Assembly (NCBI GenBank): GCA_004431415.1
Contig: QPMI01000272.1
Span: 30,367-94,366 of the forward strand
Reading direction: 5' to 3'
Length of the DNA stretch: 64,000 bases
Origin: Cyanophora paradoxa CCMP329
Lineage: Eukaryota > Plantae > Glaucophyta
Shown: piece after piece, positions 24,068 through 36,408 of the stretch
Position numbering within the stretch: position 1 is the first letter of the stretch
Layout of the letters: the number at the start of each line of letters is the position of its first letter
The notes under the pieces: model-generated
The model's input: the letters and a program-made list of their open reading frames with translations, nothing else
The model's database searches: none
What the model was told of the DNA's origin: nothing
Position numbers and translations under genes: made by a program

Positions 24068-24949
24068 ATGGCGTTCGCAGCGCCCTGCTTCGCGGCGCGT
24101 CCGCAGGCGACGCCCAGCGTCCGGCAAGCGTCTAGCTCGCAGCTGCGCAGCCAGGAGCCCGAGCGGAGCCTGCTCAGCTCCCGTCAAAGCGGGCTCTTTG
24201 GCGCGAACCTGCGGCGGTTCGAGTCGAATGACAGCATCTCGTGGCATGCGGATGTCACTTGTATGGCCAAGCCGGCGCCGTCCTCCACTCCATCCACGTC
24301 GGCACCGGCTGCGGGGGTCCCCCCCGTGCCTCTCATCGGCGCCGGCATTGCTATCGCTGCCGCTGCATTCTACGCGTACAAGAACTGGCCCGAGAGTGAG
24401 CACGTCCCCCATTTCCGCGCAGGCGATGCTCTAGAGCTTTCCCGGCGACGCTCACCAACCGCAGTCCAGGAGAAGATCAAGAAGGGCGAGCTCTTCAAGG
24501 CGGCCCCTCCTCCGGGCTCTGTCGATGAGGACGACGACGGCGAGCCGAAGAAGGGCCCCGTGCTCTACAACTACGAGTGCACCAAGTGTGGCATGGTCAT
24601 CTTCCCGGCGCCCCACGCGAAGATCTGGACCAAGGTCCGGGCGATCCCTGGAGATCCTTACCGTCCCCCGAGTGCATAGCTGACTGGCGTCCGATCCAGT
24701 TCATGGACGAAAAGACCGGCGAGCTCCGCGAGGACTTCAAATGCACGAACCCGAAGTGCGGTGCGGGGCGTGAGTCTTTCGTGAAGAAGATACCGAAGAA
24801 GGTGCGCGCGCCTTTCCTCTTCCTCTTCCGGCGCTCACTTGCTGCTGCAGTTCGATCCGTCGCGCCCGCCGCCGCCGCCGCAACCCCGCGAGGCGCCCGC
24901 GGCTCCCCCGGCCGCCCCGACCACCGACGCTTCCGGCGAGTCTGCATAG
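24068..24949 (+). CDS. Plastid-targeted membrane-anchored rubredoxin-like protein, 4 exons
   Basis: Ser/Arg-rich presequence MAFAAPCF..VTC/M; TM helix PLIGAGIAIAAAAFYAY; YECTKCGMVIFPA..EDFKCTNPKCGAGRESF; three GT-AG introns; TAG 24947-24949. Confidence 0.8.
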
Positions 24950-25517
24950 CTTTCTCTTTTCCTCGCCGGCAGCTATGAAACAGTTTTGATAATGGTTCCT
25001 CCTGGGGTTTCTTTTCTTTCACTGTAACACGTTTTTCCTTGTCGTGGCTCTCTTGGATTAGTGTGAGTGCATTCTCATGATCAGTACATATGCTTCTAGC
25101 TTGAGAATGAACTTCGGAATTCGAAAGCTTCCTAGACTCCGAGGCTCCAATTCAAACATGGTGCCACCCGCGACTCGGCGAGACGGGCAGTGGTTGGGGC
25201 GACGCCGGGCCCCCGAAAGGAAGGAGAGGCCTAGGGAGGAACCGGGCAGATGGAAGCAATCGAAGTTTGATGCATATGGCGGCGCGCACAGGGGGCTGGC
25301 CACGGGTCCGCGGCTCGACTCCAGCCGCTTCCACTTCGAGCTGGGCTTAAGCACTGCGGCATGCGCATGCGGCTCGAGCTCATCGTCTTAGCTAAGCGCG
25401 CCAACCATAGCTAGACCCGCTTGCGCAGGCGCTGAACACTGACAAAAGCCTATGAGTTGGCAGCCAACGCAAGTTAGCCTTCGGACTTAGCTAGCAACCG
25501 GAGATAGCGAGGACCAT

Positions 25518-28500
25518 ATGGCAAACGCGTACGATAGCTACAGCTATCTCAGCGACACCCGAGGGCCGAGCGACTGGGACTTCGAGGCGTCTGGCTACAC
25601 CGGCCAGTCCGGCCTGTCGAGGGCGCGCTCGGCCGTTCCATCGGCACTTCGGGCCGCTTCCAGCCTCGGGGCCTTGATCGTCCCGCCCGCTGCCGGTCCG
25701 CAGCGCTGCCGCGCGCGCTCTCCATCTTTGCACTGACGGCCGCGGTCCCCTGCGGATGCTGCGCAGAGAGGCCAAAGACGACTACCGGCGGGCTGCGCGG
25801 GAGGGCGATCGGCGCTTCAAAGACAGGAGCCTGGGTGGGCCGCGACGGCCACGTCGAGAGCAATGTCCACTTCAAGAAGCGCTCGCAAGGAGCGCGCCTG
25901 GGCGCCAGCAGCTCGGCGGGGGGTGCCCGGCTTGCCGCCCCCGCGCTCCTGCGCCGCTGAGGCGTGCGCGCGCCCGCAGCGCTGCCGGCGGTGCCCCCGC
26001 TGATGCACCCGGAGTGGAACCGGCCCTCGACCAGCGCCTCGGCCCTCTCCATGCGGCAGCAGCTCTTCACGCCGAGCGGCACCGTGCGCCCGCGCTCGCC
26101 CCTCGCGCCCGCCGCGCGCCGACGCCCCCGCAGATCCGGCCGGCCTCGCGGGCAGCGCAGAACGCGGGGCGGCGGCGCGTGCTCCTGGGGCGCGACGAGG
26201 AGGAGGAGCAGCGGGTGCGGGGCGCCCCTCCCTCGGGCCCCCCCGTCGCCCCTGACGCCCCGAGACGCGGCAGGCTTCCTCCGCGGCGCTGCAGCTCCTG
26301 CTCCCGCCGAAGACGCCGGGGCCCGGGGCGCGCGGGGGGCCCCGCTCGGGGCCGGAGAAGCCGCCGGCCAGGCGCTCGGGGTTCGACCCGCGGAACGCGA
26401 TCCAGCAGGCGCGCCCCGGCGCCCCGCCCCGCCCCGCCAGTCTGACTTGGCGCAGATGTGGGACAAGGAGTTCGCGGCGATGATGGCCGAGTCCGAGGTC
26501 CGCGCCCCCCGGCGGGGCGACACGAAGCAAAGCGGGGCCGAGGCGGCGGGGGCGGCGGGGGCAGGTGGAGGCGCAGAAGATCGTGGACCTGCGCTCGCGC
26601 CTCCTCTCCCAGATCATCGACGAGGAGGGCTTCCACCTCGAGAAGGCCCCGCGCTCGCCCGCCCAGCCGGCCCGCGGTCGCCCCTGGGCCGAGCGGGCGG
26701 GCGGGGGCAGGTGCGGGGCGCGTTCGACGGGACGGAGGAGGCGGCGGTCGAGTTCCTCGAGGGCGCCGAGGAGTGGCTCCAGGTCGGGCCGGGCCCCCTT
26801 GCTCCACGGGGCGCCCCGCCTGTTCTGAGGGGCGGGTGGCGGGGGCAGCGGAAGGAGGACGAGGTGTGGGCGGCGGCGGGGCTGGACCCCGAGGAGCCCG
26901 TCTTCGCCCGCGAGCGCGAGCGCGTCCACTCCGCCGCCCTCGCACGCAGGTGCGGCCCGCCCCGCCCTCGGGGAGGGGCGAGGGGGCTCTGAGGGCGGGG
27001 CGGCGCGCAGGGACGAGATGGAGCAGCGGCGGGCGCTGCGGGGCGTGCGCAGGCTCAACGAGGACCCCTCCGCGGCGGCGGGCGCGGCGACCGGCCGGCG
27101 CCGTTCCAGCTTCGGCCTCGGCCTCAACGGCGGCGGCGGTCCGCTTTCGATCCCCCGTCCTCCTCCCCCTTCTCCTCCGCGACGTGAGCGGGGGCGGGGT
27201 GCAGGGGCGCGGGTGCGGCGGGGGAGCGTGATGATGCTGGAGCGGCCGGAGCCGCCGCCGCACGACGCGGGCGAGGACGCCCTCCAGCTCTCCCGCTCCT
27301 CCCTCCTCCAGGCGCGCACCCCTCCGCCCCGGCCCCGGCCCCGGCCCCGCTTCCGCCCGCCCTCGGCCTGAGCGCCGCGCGGGCAGGACGCGCTGGAGCG
27401 GGCGGGGGCCCCCGCGGACGGCCGCGAGGACACCGCCCAGGGCCAGAGGTGCGCGACCCCGCGCTTCTCGGCAGCTCGGCAGCTCGGCAGCTCGGCCTCG
27501 GTCCCTGAGGCTCGCCCGCGCGCGCCGTCCCGCAGGCAGTGGGCGGTGGAGAAGGAGATGGAGCCGGACGACCGGGCGCTGGAGCTGATGACGGCCGCCG
27601 CCGCCGCCGCCACACGCCGCGCCCTCGACGAGCTCGAGGAGCTCAAGGAGCGACGCCGGGCGGGGCACCCCGTCACCGTCCGCGTCTGCGTCTCCTGCAC
27701 CACGCGGGCCCGCCATGCTTCCGCCCCGCCCTGCCTCTTCCGCCCCTCCTCTCACGCTCTCGCGGGGCAGGACACGCACGGGGAGCGGCAGTGCCTGCAG
27801 GAGGCGAGCGGGATCCCGGCCCGGCCCAGGCGGGGCGGGGGAGGGCGGGCGGGCTGAGGGCGGGGCGGGGGCGCAGGAGGTGGCGCCGGCGCTGGACGCG
27901 TGGGGCGCGCAGTACGGCATCCGCTTCGAGTTCGTCGACGCCGCCACCCGCGGTCCGCCCCGCCCCTGCCCCGCCCCCGCCCGCGCCTGCCCTTGACGAG
28001 GCGGGCAGCGGCGCGGACGCGGGCGGAGCGGGCGCCGGAGGTGAACGCGATGTACGACGCCCTCGACCGCGTCGACGCGTGCGCCCCGCCCCGCCCCGCC
28101 CCCTCTGCACGAAGGAAGACCCCGATCTCGGGCGGGCGGGGCGCAGGTGCCGGCCCTTCTTCGTGGGGATCGTGACGCAGCGCTGGGGCGAGGTGCCCCC
28201 GCGCTACACCGACCAGCCCGGCGGCCCCGCGGCGCCCCACGCCCGCTGGCTCGACCTCTGGAAGCCAGGCTTCTCCGTGCCCGCCCCCCCGCCCGCCCCG
28301 CCCGCCCCGCCCCGCCCCGCCCCCCTCGCCTGACCCGAGGGGCCGCGGGGCAGTTCACGGCGCTGGAGCAGGTGTACGGGGCGGTGCGGCTCGGGGCGCA
28401 GCTGGCGAGCCGCCAGCACGCCTTTGTCTTCCTCCGCCACGACGGCTTCCTCCAGCGCGCCACCCGCGACCAGCACGACTACTTCCGGCGCGCCCCCCGC

Positions 28501-31500
28501 GTGCCGCTACCCCCTGGAGGGGGGTACGGCGCTCTGACGGGGGCGCAGGGACCCGCCGGAGACGCGGGCGCTGGACGAGCTCCGCCTCGACAGCCTCCGC
28601 CGCTTCCTCAAGCAGTCCCCGGGGTGCGCCCCGTACCCCTCAACCGCCGCATTCCTGTACCCCCGTGAGGTTGACCGCTGCTGTAAGGGTGGAGTGCTAC
28701 GGGTACTCGTGCGTCATGGACGACCTCTGGGACAACCTCGGCCGCGGCGGCTGGCGGTATCCCCCTTCCTCTCATCCTCCTCCCCACTTTCCAACTTTCG
28801 GCGCAGGGTGACGGGCCTCTCGGCCTTCCGCGAGTCGGTCATCGCGTGCATCAAGCGCTCCGTCATCGCCGAGTTCGCCCTCCAGGCCCGCCCCGCCCCC
28901 CCCGCCCCGCCCCGCCCCGTACCCCCCTCCCAACTCATCCCCCCCCCAGGACCTGCCGAAGGAGCACCGGATGGAGCGGGCGGCGCAGGAGGCGTTCATG
29001 CGGGAGCGGGCGGCGCCGTTCTTCGGGCGGGGGGACGCCCTGCGCGCCGTCGCGCAGTTCGTGCACCACTGGGCGCACCCCCACGGGCCCCACCAGCGCC
29101 CCGGCGACGCCGCCCTCCTCCTCGCCGGTCCGGCCCCCGCCCGCACGCCCGCCCGTGCCCTTCCGAGGCTTATTCCAGGCGGGGGGCAGGGGAGGCGGGG
29201 ATCGGGAAGACGGCGACGCTCGCGCGCTTCCTGCGCGAGGCGTGCGACTCCCGCACCGCCTTCCCCGGCGTCCGCGTGCGCGTACCCCCCCCCGTCTTTC
29301 CTCCGCATGTGCCCCCGTTCTCCGCCCCTCGAGCGCCCCCGGCAGGTGGCGTACGTCTTTGTGGGGGCCTCGGTGCAGTCCTGGTACGCCCGGGACGTCC
29401 TCAATGTGCGTAGCCCCCCGACCCCTCGCTCCCCCCGCCGTCCTGCTCGCCTCAAGGGCCGCCTCGCCTCAGTGGCTGTGCGAGGAGATGGAGGAGAAGC
29501 CGCGGCGGGCGGTGGAGACGAAGCTCCTCGACGACCGCCGCGCCCGCCCCGCCTCCCCCTCCTTCCTCGCCGCCAACCCCACCTTCGTGCCCCCGCTCCA
29601 GGCCCGCCCCGCCCCTCGCCCCTAGGGGAGGCCGGCCTGAGCTCGGGGGGCCCCGCCGCCGCGCAGGAGGTGCGGCGGCCGCAGTACGAGGAGCTGGCGA
29701 CGCGCTTCCGGGAGCTCGTGTGGCGCTACGACCAGCAGAAGCTCCTCATCGTCCTCGACGGGCCCGCCCGCCCGCCCCCGCCGCCCCGCCCCGCCCTTTC
29801 GTTCCGCTGTTCGAGCGGGGTGCGGGGCGGGGCGGGGCAGGGCGAACCAGATGGTGTTCGGGCAGGACGACTCGCCGACGGCGTGGATCCCGCACTGGGC
29901 CGACGTCTCCGGCTTCGTCAAGATCGTCGTCTCCTCCATCGACCCCGCCCCCTTCCTCGGCCGCGTCCGCCCGCCCCCATCCCCTCCTCCTCTGATCGCC
30001 CGCGCGCCCTTCTTCTGAGGCGCGGGCAGCTGACGGAGGCGCCGACGAAGTTGGCCCGCGCGCCCCCGGCGGCCCCCGCGCCGCACGGGCAGCACCAGCA
30101 CCACCACAACGAGGAGTCGAACGTGGTGGTCCTGCGCCCGCTGCTCAAGGCCGAGAGCGAGGCCCTCCTTCAGGCCGTGCGCTGCCGCCCGCCGCTCCTC
30201 CCGCCTCCGCCTCCGCCTCCGGCCCCCGCCCCCCCGCCCACGCCCACGCCCGCTCGCAGGACGAGGTCGTCGCGTCGGACAAGGACGCCGCCGTGCGCCC
30301 GCCCGCGCCCCCGCCGCGCCCACGGGCCCCCAAGGCTGAGGCCGCGCGCAGGCGATCGGGGAGGGGGCGGCGGCGAAGCGGGACGGGGGCAAGCCCCTCT
30401 ACCTGCGCCTCCTCGCCCGCGAGCTCGCCGCCACCGCCGCCCCCGTCCGCACCCTCCCCTCCCACCCCTCTCCGTTCTTCTTCTTCTCAGGGTGGGCGGG
30501 GCAGGGTGCGGGGCTGGGGGCGGCGGCGGCGGGGCTGCCGGGGACGGTGGACGGGCTGCTGGAGCGGGTGCTGGCGCGCCTCGAGTCGGTCCACCGGCGC
30601 GACGTCGTCCGCGGCACCCTCTGCCTCGTCGCCTGCGCCCGGTCCGCCCCGCCGCGCCCCGTCCAGAAGAAGACGAAGAGGCTAACGAGGGGCCGGGCGG
30701 GCGGGCGGGGGCCAGGCACGGGGTGGCGGTGCGGGACCTGCGCGAGCTCCTCGCCCTCCTCAACTGCCCCGTGCCCCAGGAGGCCCGCGCGGACGGGCGG
30801 CGGGCCGCTCCCCTCTGCGCTGACGGGCGGGGGGCAGGACCTGGACGAGCTGCTGGCGCCGGGCTCGGCGGCGGGCCTCAGCGCGCTGCTGCGGCGGAGC
30901 CCTGGGCGCGAGGAGGACGGCGGCGACCACCTCGCCTTCATCCACAGGCGCGCCCGCCCCCGAGGACCAGAGCTAGAGTCGGAGCCTCACGGGGGGGGGC
31001 GGGGCGCGCAGGGAGGTCAAGCGGGCGGTGCGCTGCCGCTACCTCCACGCCTGCACGGCCGGCGGGGACAAGGACCCCAAGGCCCGCCCCGGCCCCAAGG
31101 GCCCCCCGGGCCCCGGTGCGCCCCCCCCCGCCCCCGCCCCCGCCCCCGCCCCCTCCTCTCAGGGGCGGGCGGGGCAGGGTGCCTGGAGTACCGGGCGGGG
31201 GACGCCGACTGCGGGCACCTCGCCCCCTGGAGCGGCGCCGTCGTCCTCGGGCCCTGGGAGGACAAGGGTGCCCCCGGCGCGCCCCCCGAGCTAGCTCGCG
31301 TGCGCCGGCGCCGACGCGGGGGCGGGCGCCGAGCAGAGGGGCGCGTGCACCGGGCGTTGGCGCGGCTGTACCTCTCGCGGGCGGTGAGCCCGGCGCGGGA
31401 CCGGCTGTGGCACACGCGGCGGAGCGCGGAGTGGGTGGAGCTGCGGCGCCACCTCGCCCTCGGCCTCTCCTGGGACCTCGTCTACCGCGCCGAGAACGCC

Positions 31501-33736
31501 CTCGGTCCGCCCCGCCCCCCGCCCCCCGCCCCCCGCGCCTATCCGACTCTCTCTCTTTATATCCGACCTCCGCGGCCCCGCAGCGATCAGCGGAGCGGCG
31601 ATGGACCCGCACGAGGTAGGCCCCCGCACCCCTCGCCGGCCCCCCGCCGCCCCCTCCTCACTCCCGCGCCCCTCTCTCGCAGGTTTGGGTGCGCGGCCTC
31701 GAGCCGGATCGGCTCTCGCGTGCCCCGCGCCCGTAACCCTCCGCTTTCGCCGCAGTCGATCGTGACGTCGCTCCACCGGCGGGCCCCGTTCCTCGCCGGT
31801 CCGCACCCCGCGCCTCGGGCCGGGACCCGGGGCCCGCCTCACGCGCCCGCACGCAGGCTTCCCGGGGTACTCGCACGTGCCGCCGGGCGTGCCGACGCCG
31901 CGGGAAGCCCTCGGGAGCCGCGCGGCCGCCCCCGTCGCGGGCCCCGGCGCCCCGGAGCGGGAGCGGGACTCGCCGCCGCGGGCGCGCCCCTCCAAGTCCG
32001 TTGGCATCAACTCCCGCCTGGACCTCGGCCCCGAGGCGCGGGGCGGCGGCGGTGGCGGCTCCGCTGCCGCGCCCCCCTCCTCCTCCCTGAACCTCGCCGG
32101 CGCCGGGCGGGCCGCGGGGGCGCCCTCGAAGCCGCGCTCGACGCTGGGGGTGGGGGGCGGGGCGGCGGGGCGGCGTGCTGCGGCCGACCTGCGCCCCGCC
32201 TACGCCGACGAGCCGGGCCTCCTCCGCCTCGCCAGCCTCCAGTACCCCGTGCGCGTCCTCCCGCTCCCCCCCCCCCCCATGTACCCCGGCCAGGCTCCGA
32301 CGCCCCCGGGGGCACGGGCAGTGGATCGGGGCGGACGCGCGGGCGCTCTCGGGGGCGCTGGCGGAGGACCTGCCGCTCGCCCTCCTCGACCTCTCTGGCA
32401 ACCCCGCCCTATCCCGCGAGCACGTGCGCACCCCGCCCCCCCACCCGCCCCGAGCCCCGACCGTTTGCCCGGCCGCCGGCCCCGCGCGCCGCTCTGACGC
32501 GGGGGGCGGCCAGCTTCGGGAGATCTTTTCGTCGCTGCGGGAGAACCGGACGCTGCGGACGCTCTGCGTGGCGGGGACGCGCCCCGGGGAGGCGGCCGTC
32601 GCGGAGCTCGCGTCGGCCCTCGCGGAGAACGGGACGCTGACGGAGCTCGACCTCTCCGACTGCGGCCTGCGCGGGGAGGCGGCGGCGGCGCTGGCGCGGC
32701 CGCTGGAGAGCCGCTACTGCGCCCTCCGCTCCCTCCGCCTCTCCCGCTGCGCCATCGCCGACGACGGGTCCGCCCGGGCCCCCACCGGAGAGGCGCCTCT
32801 CGCGCTGGGCTCTGAGGGGGCGCGGGGGCAGGTGCGCGGCGCTGGCGGGGGTGCTGCCGCGGGCGGCGCGCCTCACGGCGCTGGACGTGTCGGCGAACGG
32901 GATCACGCACCGGACGGCGGTGGCCCTCTTCAAGGCCCTCGGCGAGAACGCGACCCTCAAGCACCTCGCCCTCGCCGCCAACCCCATCGGCGTCCGCCCC
33001 GCCCCGCCCCGCACGCCCCGCGCGGCGCGGCCGGCCGACTCGGGGCGGGGCAGGACGAGCCGCTCTCGTACCTGGCGGCGAGCCTGCGGCAGAACGGGAC
33101 GCTCACGGGGCTCGTCTTCGGGAGCCAGTCCGCCGGCCACGCCGGCATCGGCTGCACCTCCGAGGCGCGGCCCCCTCCCCCCCCCCCCCCCCCCCCCCCG
33201 CCCCCTCCCCGCCCCCGCCGAGGCCTGGGGCGCGGGCGCAGGGGGCGTCGGCGATCGCGGAGGCGCTGGAGCAGAACCGCGCCCTCACCTCCCTCGACCT
33301 CGACAGCAACGGGGTGGACGACCGGGGGGCGGCCGCCTTCGTCCGCGTCCTCCGCTGGAACCGCTCCATCATTCACCTCGACCTCACCGTCCGCCCCGCG
33401 CCCCGTCCCCCGCCCCGCCTCCTCGCCCCATGCCCGGCGCAGGAGAACCGGTGCGGGGAGGAGGCGCTGGCGGCCGTCCGAGACGCCCTCCGCCTCAACC
33501 GCGAGTCCGCCCCGCTCCCGCCCCTCTCCAATCCGCTTCGGGCCCTAACGGGGCCCCCCAGGTACTTCTGGCGGCGGGACGCGCAGCGCGGGGCCGCCGG
33601 GGCGGTCCCCTCCGCGAGCCTCGCCTCCGTGCGGCGCCCCTCGGGGGCCTCCCGCCCCTCCTCCCTCCTCGCCCTCGGCGCCCCCCAAGCGTCCCGCCCA
33701 TCTTCCTTCGCCGCCCTCGGCGCGCCCCAAGCGTAG
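25518..33736 (+). CDS. DUF4062-like + TEP1/NWD-type NACHT (STAND) NTPase + RI-type leucine-rich repeats (NLR-like architecture)
   Basis: DUF4062 VRVCVSCTTR|DTHGER..FEFVD..CRPFFVGIVTQRWG..FTALE (27670-28400); Walker A GEAGIGKT (~29190); Walker B LLIVLDG (~29741); GKPLYL, LPGTVDGLLERVLARLE; ~9 LRRs such as LAENGTLTELDLSDCGL and LEQNRALTSLDLDSNGV (32330-33500). Continuity of the N-terminal exons is less certain. Confidence 0.8.
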
Positions 33737-34392
33737 GCTGCAGCGTGGCTGTGACCGTCTCGGCTCCCGCCGGCCGGGCTTGTTCGAACGTTAATGGAAC
33801 CGTGAGAACCTGAGCCGCTGCAGGCCTTGGGTGCATGTGCACGCGCAGCAGGTGTTCAATCAGTGTTCGTAATTGGCAAAAGCAACACATTTTTGAATTC
33901 GATTGCCGAGTTCAAACCTGGTTCTAGTCACTGATTTTCGAGTTTAGTCACTGAATTTGAAGCTGAATGCCGAGATTTGAAGGCCGAGATAATGCCGAGG
34001 TGACAAGAACGGAAATTCGAATGAGGTGTAGGACATCGGGATCGATATCTTGACATAATGAAATCGGGATTCCGCGATGACCTAACGCTAACTGCAAGCT
34101 GAGAAGCCTTAGTCACATAGAAGTTACAAGATCATAGTCATGATCGCTAATCACAGCGCAGCAGGTACTACGTTCAAAACAAGCTCTCTCGTAACTTTCC
34201 GATGATAATGCTCTAGTGACAGAGGGAATAAATTTTAGATATAGCAGTCACCGAGAAAATCGTTACCGGATGAATGAGAAGCCGTAATAAGGGAAGCTGC
34301 AGCCATGAACTAGTTGAAATGCGAGGTACGATAGGGGCTTGGGCGTGGAAATGCATGGAAAGCGTCGGGGACATAAATTGCAGCGGCGGGCG

Positions 34393-36194
34393 CTAGCCGG
34401 CGACGTGGCGGCGCATGCCCGAGGGGGAGGCGCCGCCCGAGGCGACAGCGATGGCGCGCTGGGCGGGGTTGAGGGGGGCAGGGGCGACGAGGATCGGCGC
34501 GGGGCTCGAGCCGCTCGCCGTGCGCACGGTGGGGGCGTTGGTGGGGGTCGTCGGGGCGGAGCCCGGGGAGGGGTGGGGGAGGATGGAGGTCGGGGTGGGG
34601 ACGCTGATGGAGAGGCCGTGGTCGAAGGCGACGCTCGTGGCCGCCACGACGACCGAGGCCGCGTGGGGCGTCCCCGGCGTGTTCCGCCCCGAGCGCGGGC
34701 TCCGGCTCGAGCCCCGCGCCGCCGCCGGCGACACCGGCGTCGTCATCCCGACCTGGGGCGGCACGGGCGAGCCGCGCGCCTCCACCTGCGCGCCCCGCCG
34801 CACCTCCTGCGTCCTCGCGTCCTCCTGCGACTCCTGCTTCGCCTGCGGAAGGGCGCGCCCCGCCGTCAGAGGGTGCCGCCGGGGCGGGGCGGGGCGGGGC
34901 GGGGCGGGGAGGTCACCATGAAGGAGCTGTAGAGCTGCGAGGTGAGGTCGAAGCGGCACGTCGGACACGCGAGCTTGAGCGTGAGCCACGAGTCCGTGCA
35001 GCTCTTGTGGAACCTGCCCGCGCGGTCGCCGCCGGTAAGGGCGCGCGCGCGCGGGGCGGCGGGGAGCGGCGGGGGGCGGGGCGGGCGCACTTGTGGCGGC
35101 AGGGGAGGATGCGGACGTCCTCGCCGACCTCGTACTCGCTGAGGCAGATCGAGCACGTCAGGTCGTCCGGCGCCGCCTCCACCATCGCCCGCGTCAGCTT
35201 CGTCGCCTCGCAGCTGTCCACGAGCGCTGCGGCGCCCGTGAGCGCGGGCCCGGGACGGTGGAGGGGGCGCGCGCGGCCGGCGGCATGCGCACCTTGCCTC
35301 CCGAGCAAGTGTACGACCTTCACGTGCGAGTGCGCGAGCGCCAGGTCCAGCGGCGTCTCGTTCTTCTTGTTCTTCACTTTCGGGTCGGCGCCGCGCAGCA
35401 GGAGCCACTCGCACACGACGTCCTGCCCAGTCGCTGCCGCCACGCTGCGAGAAAAAAGGAATCAACGCCAGAAAACCGCTATCCGGGGTCGCGCGTACTG
35501 TAACGGCGTGTCTCCGTGCTTGTTCGCTATTGCGACGCTGGCGCCGCGCTCCAGGAGCAGTTGTGTGCACGCGTGATGCCTGCGAGAGATGTGAGGCATA
35601 CGAAACGTGCGGATCGAGCCGGCACGTACCGGTAGCACACGGCGCAGTGCAGCGGGGTGCTGAATCGGGCGTGAATTCGATGCGAGAGCGAGGGACCGCG
35701 GATAGCACGCACTTTCCCTTCTCCTTTTCACGAATGTCGATCTTCACGTTGGACTGATCAAGAATGAACTTCGCACAAGATAGGGACCCATATCCGCAAG
35801 CTGCAGAGGTGTGATCAACGCGGTATCAAGCGGGCGCCGCGCGGGAAGCTACCGTAGTGCAGAGCGCTTGCACCAAACATGTCTGGATGGCATATGAGCG
35901 GCGCCCGGGGCGGCGCGCGCGCGCGAGCAGCGCTTACCATACTGATTCACGTTCTTCGATTTTGCGACCTCTTTCTGCAGCCTTGCGAGGTCATCGTGCC
36001 TGAGAAAGCAGCATGAGTAAGGGCGATCGTGGGGAGGCTGCGGGGAACTGCCCGCAGCCAGATCGATTCGACACGCGCCCAGGGGTTGCGCGGCGAGCCC
36101 CGCGCAACCGCGGCGGCAGGGGGATGAATACGCATGCTTAAATGGCAAGAGCGACTCACCGGCAAGCGGCGTGCATCGACCCGCTGGCGCCCAT
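34393..36194 (-). CDS. Ankyrin-repeat RING-H2 E3 ubiquitin ligase with N-myristoylation-like start
   Basis: MGASGS start; ankyrin motifs ASALHYA, STPLHCA, GDTPLHVA, NETPLDLA; RING CSICLSEY..LPCRHK|FHKSCTDSW..CPTCR. Confidence 0.88.
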
Positions 36195-36408
36195 CGCTGG
36201 GAGAAACCAATTGGGCAATTACGACCTCCGAGGCTTTCAAGATGCTGCTGCTCTGAGGGCAAAGCTAAATCCCGGAACGGCAGCTCAAATGCAGGCTTCG
36301 GCCGAGGTTTGCGGCGCGCCAAAGTCGGATGTGCCCGCCACGCGCTTGTAGTCGCAATGAAACCAGTACCCCCAGACACCCCGGATAGCTAAGGGCGCAT
36401 TGTGAGCG

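Noticed and set aside
26067-31619. Very long Arg/Pro/Gly/Ala ORFs (e.g. 798 aa and 882 aa)
   Set aside because: Stop-poor frames expected at extreme GC content; they run through introns or antisense to real exons.
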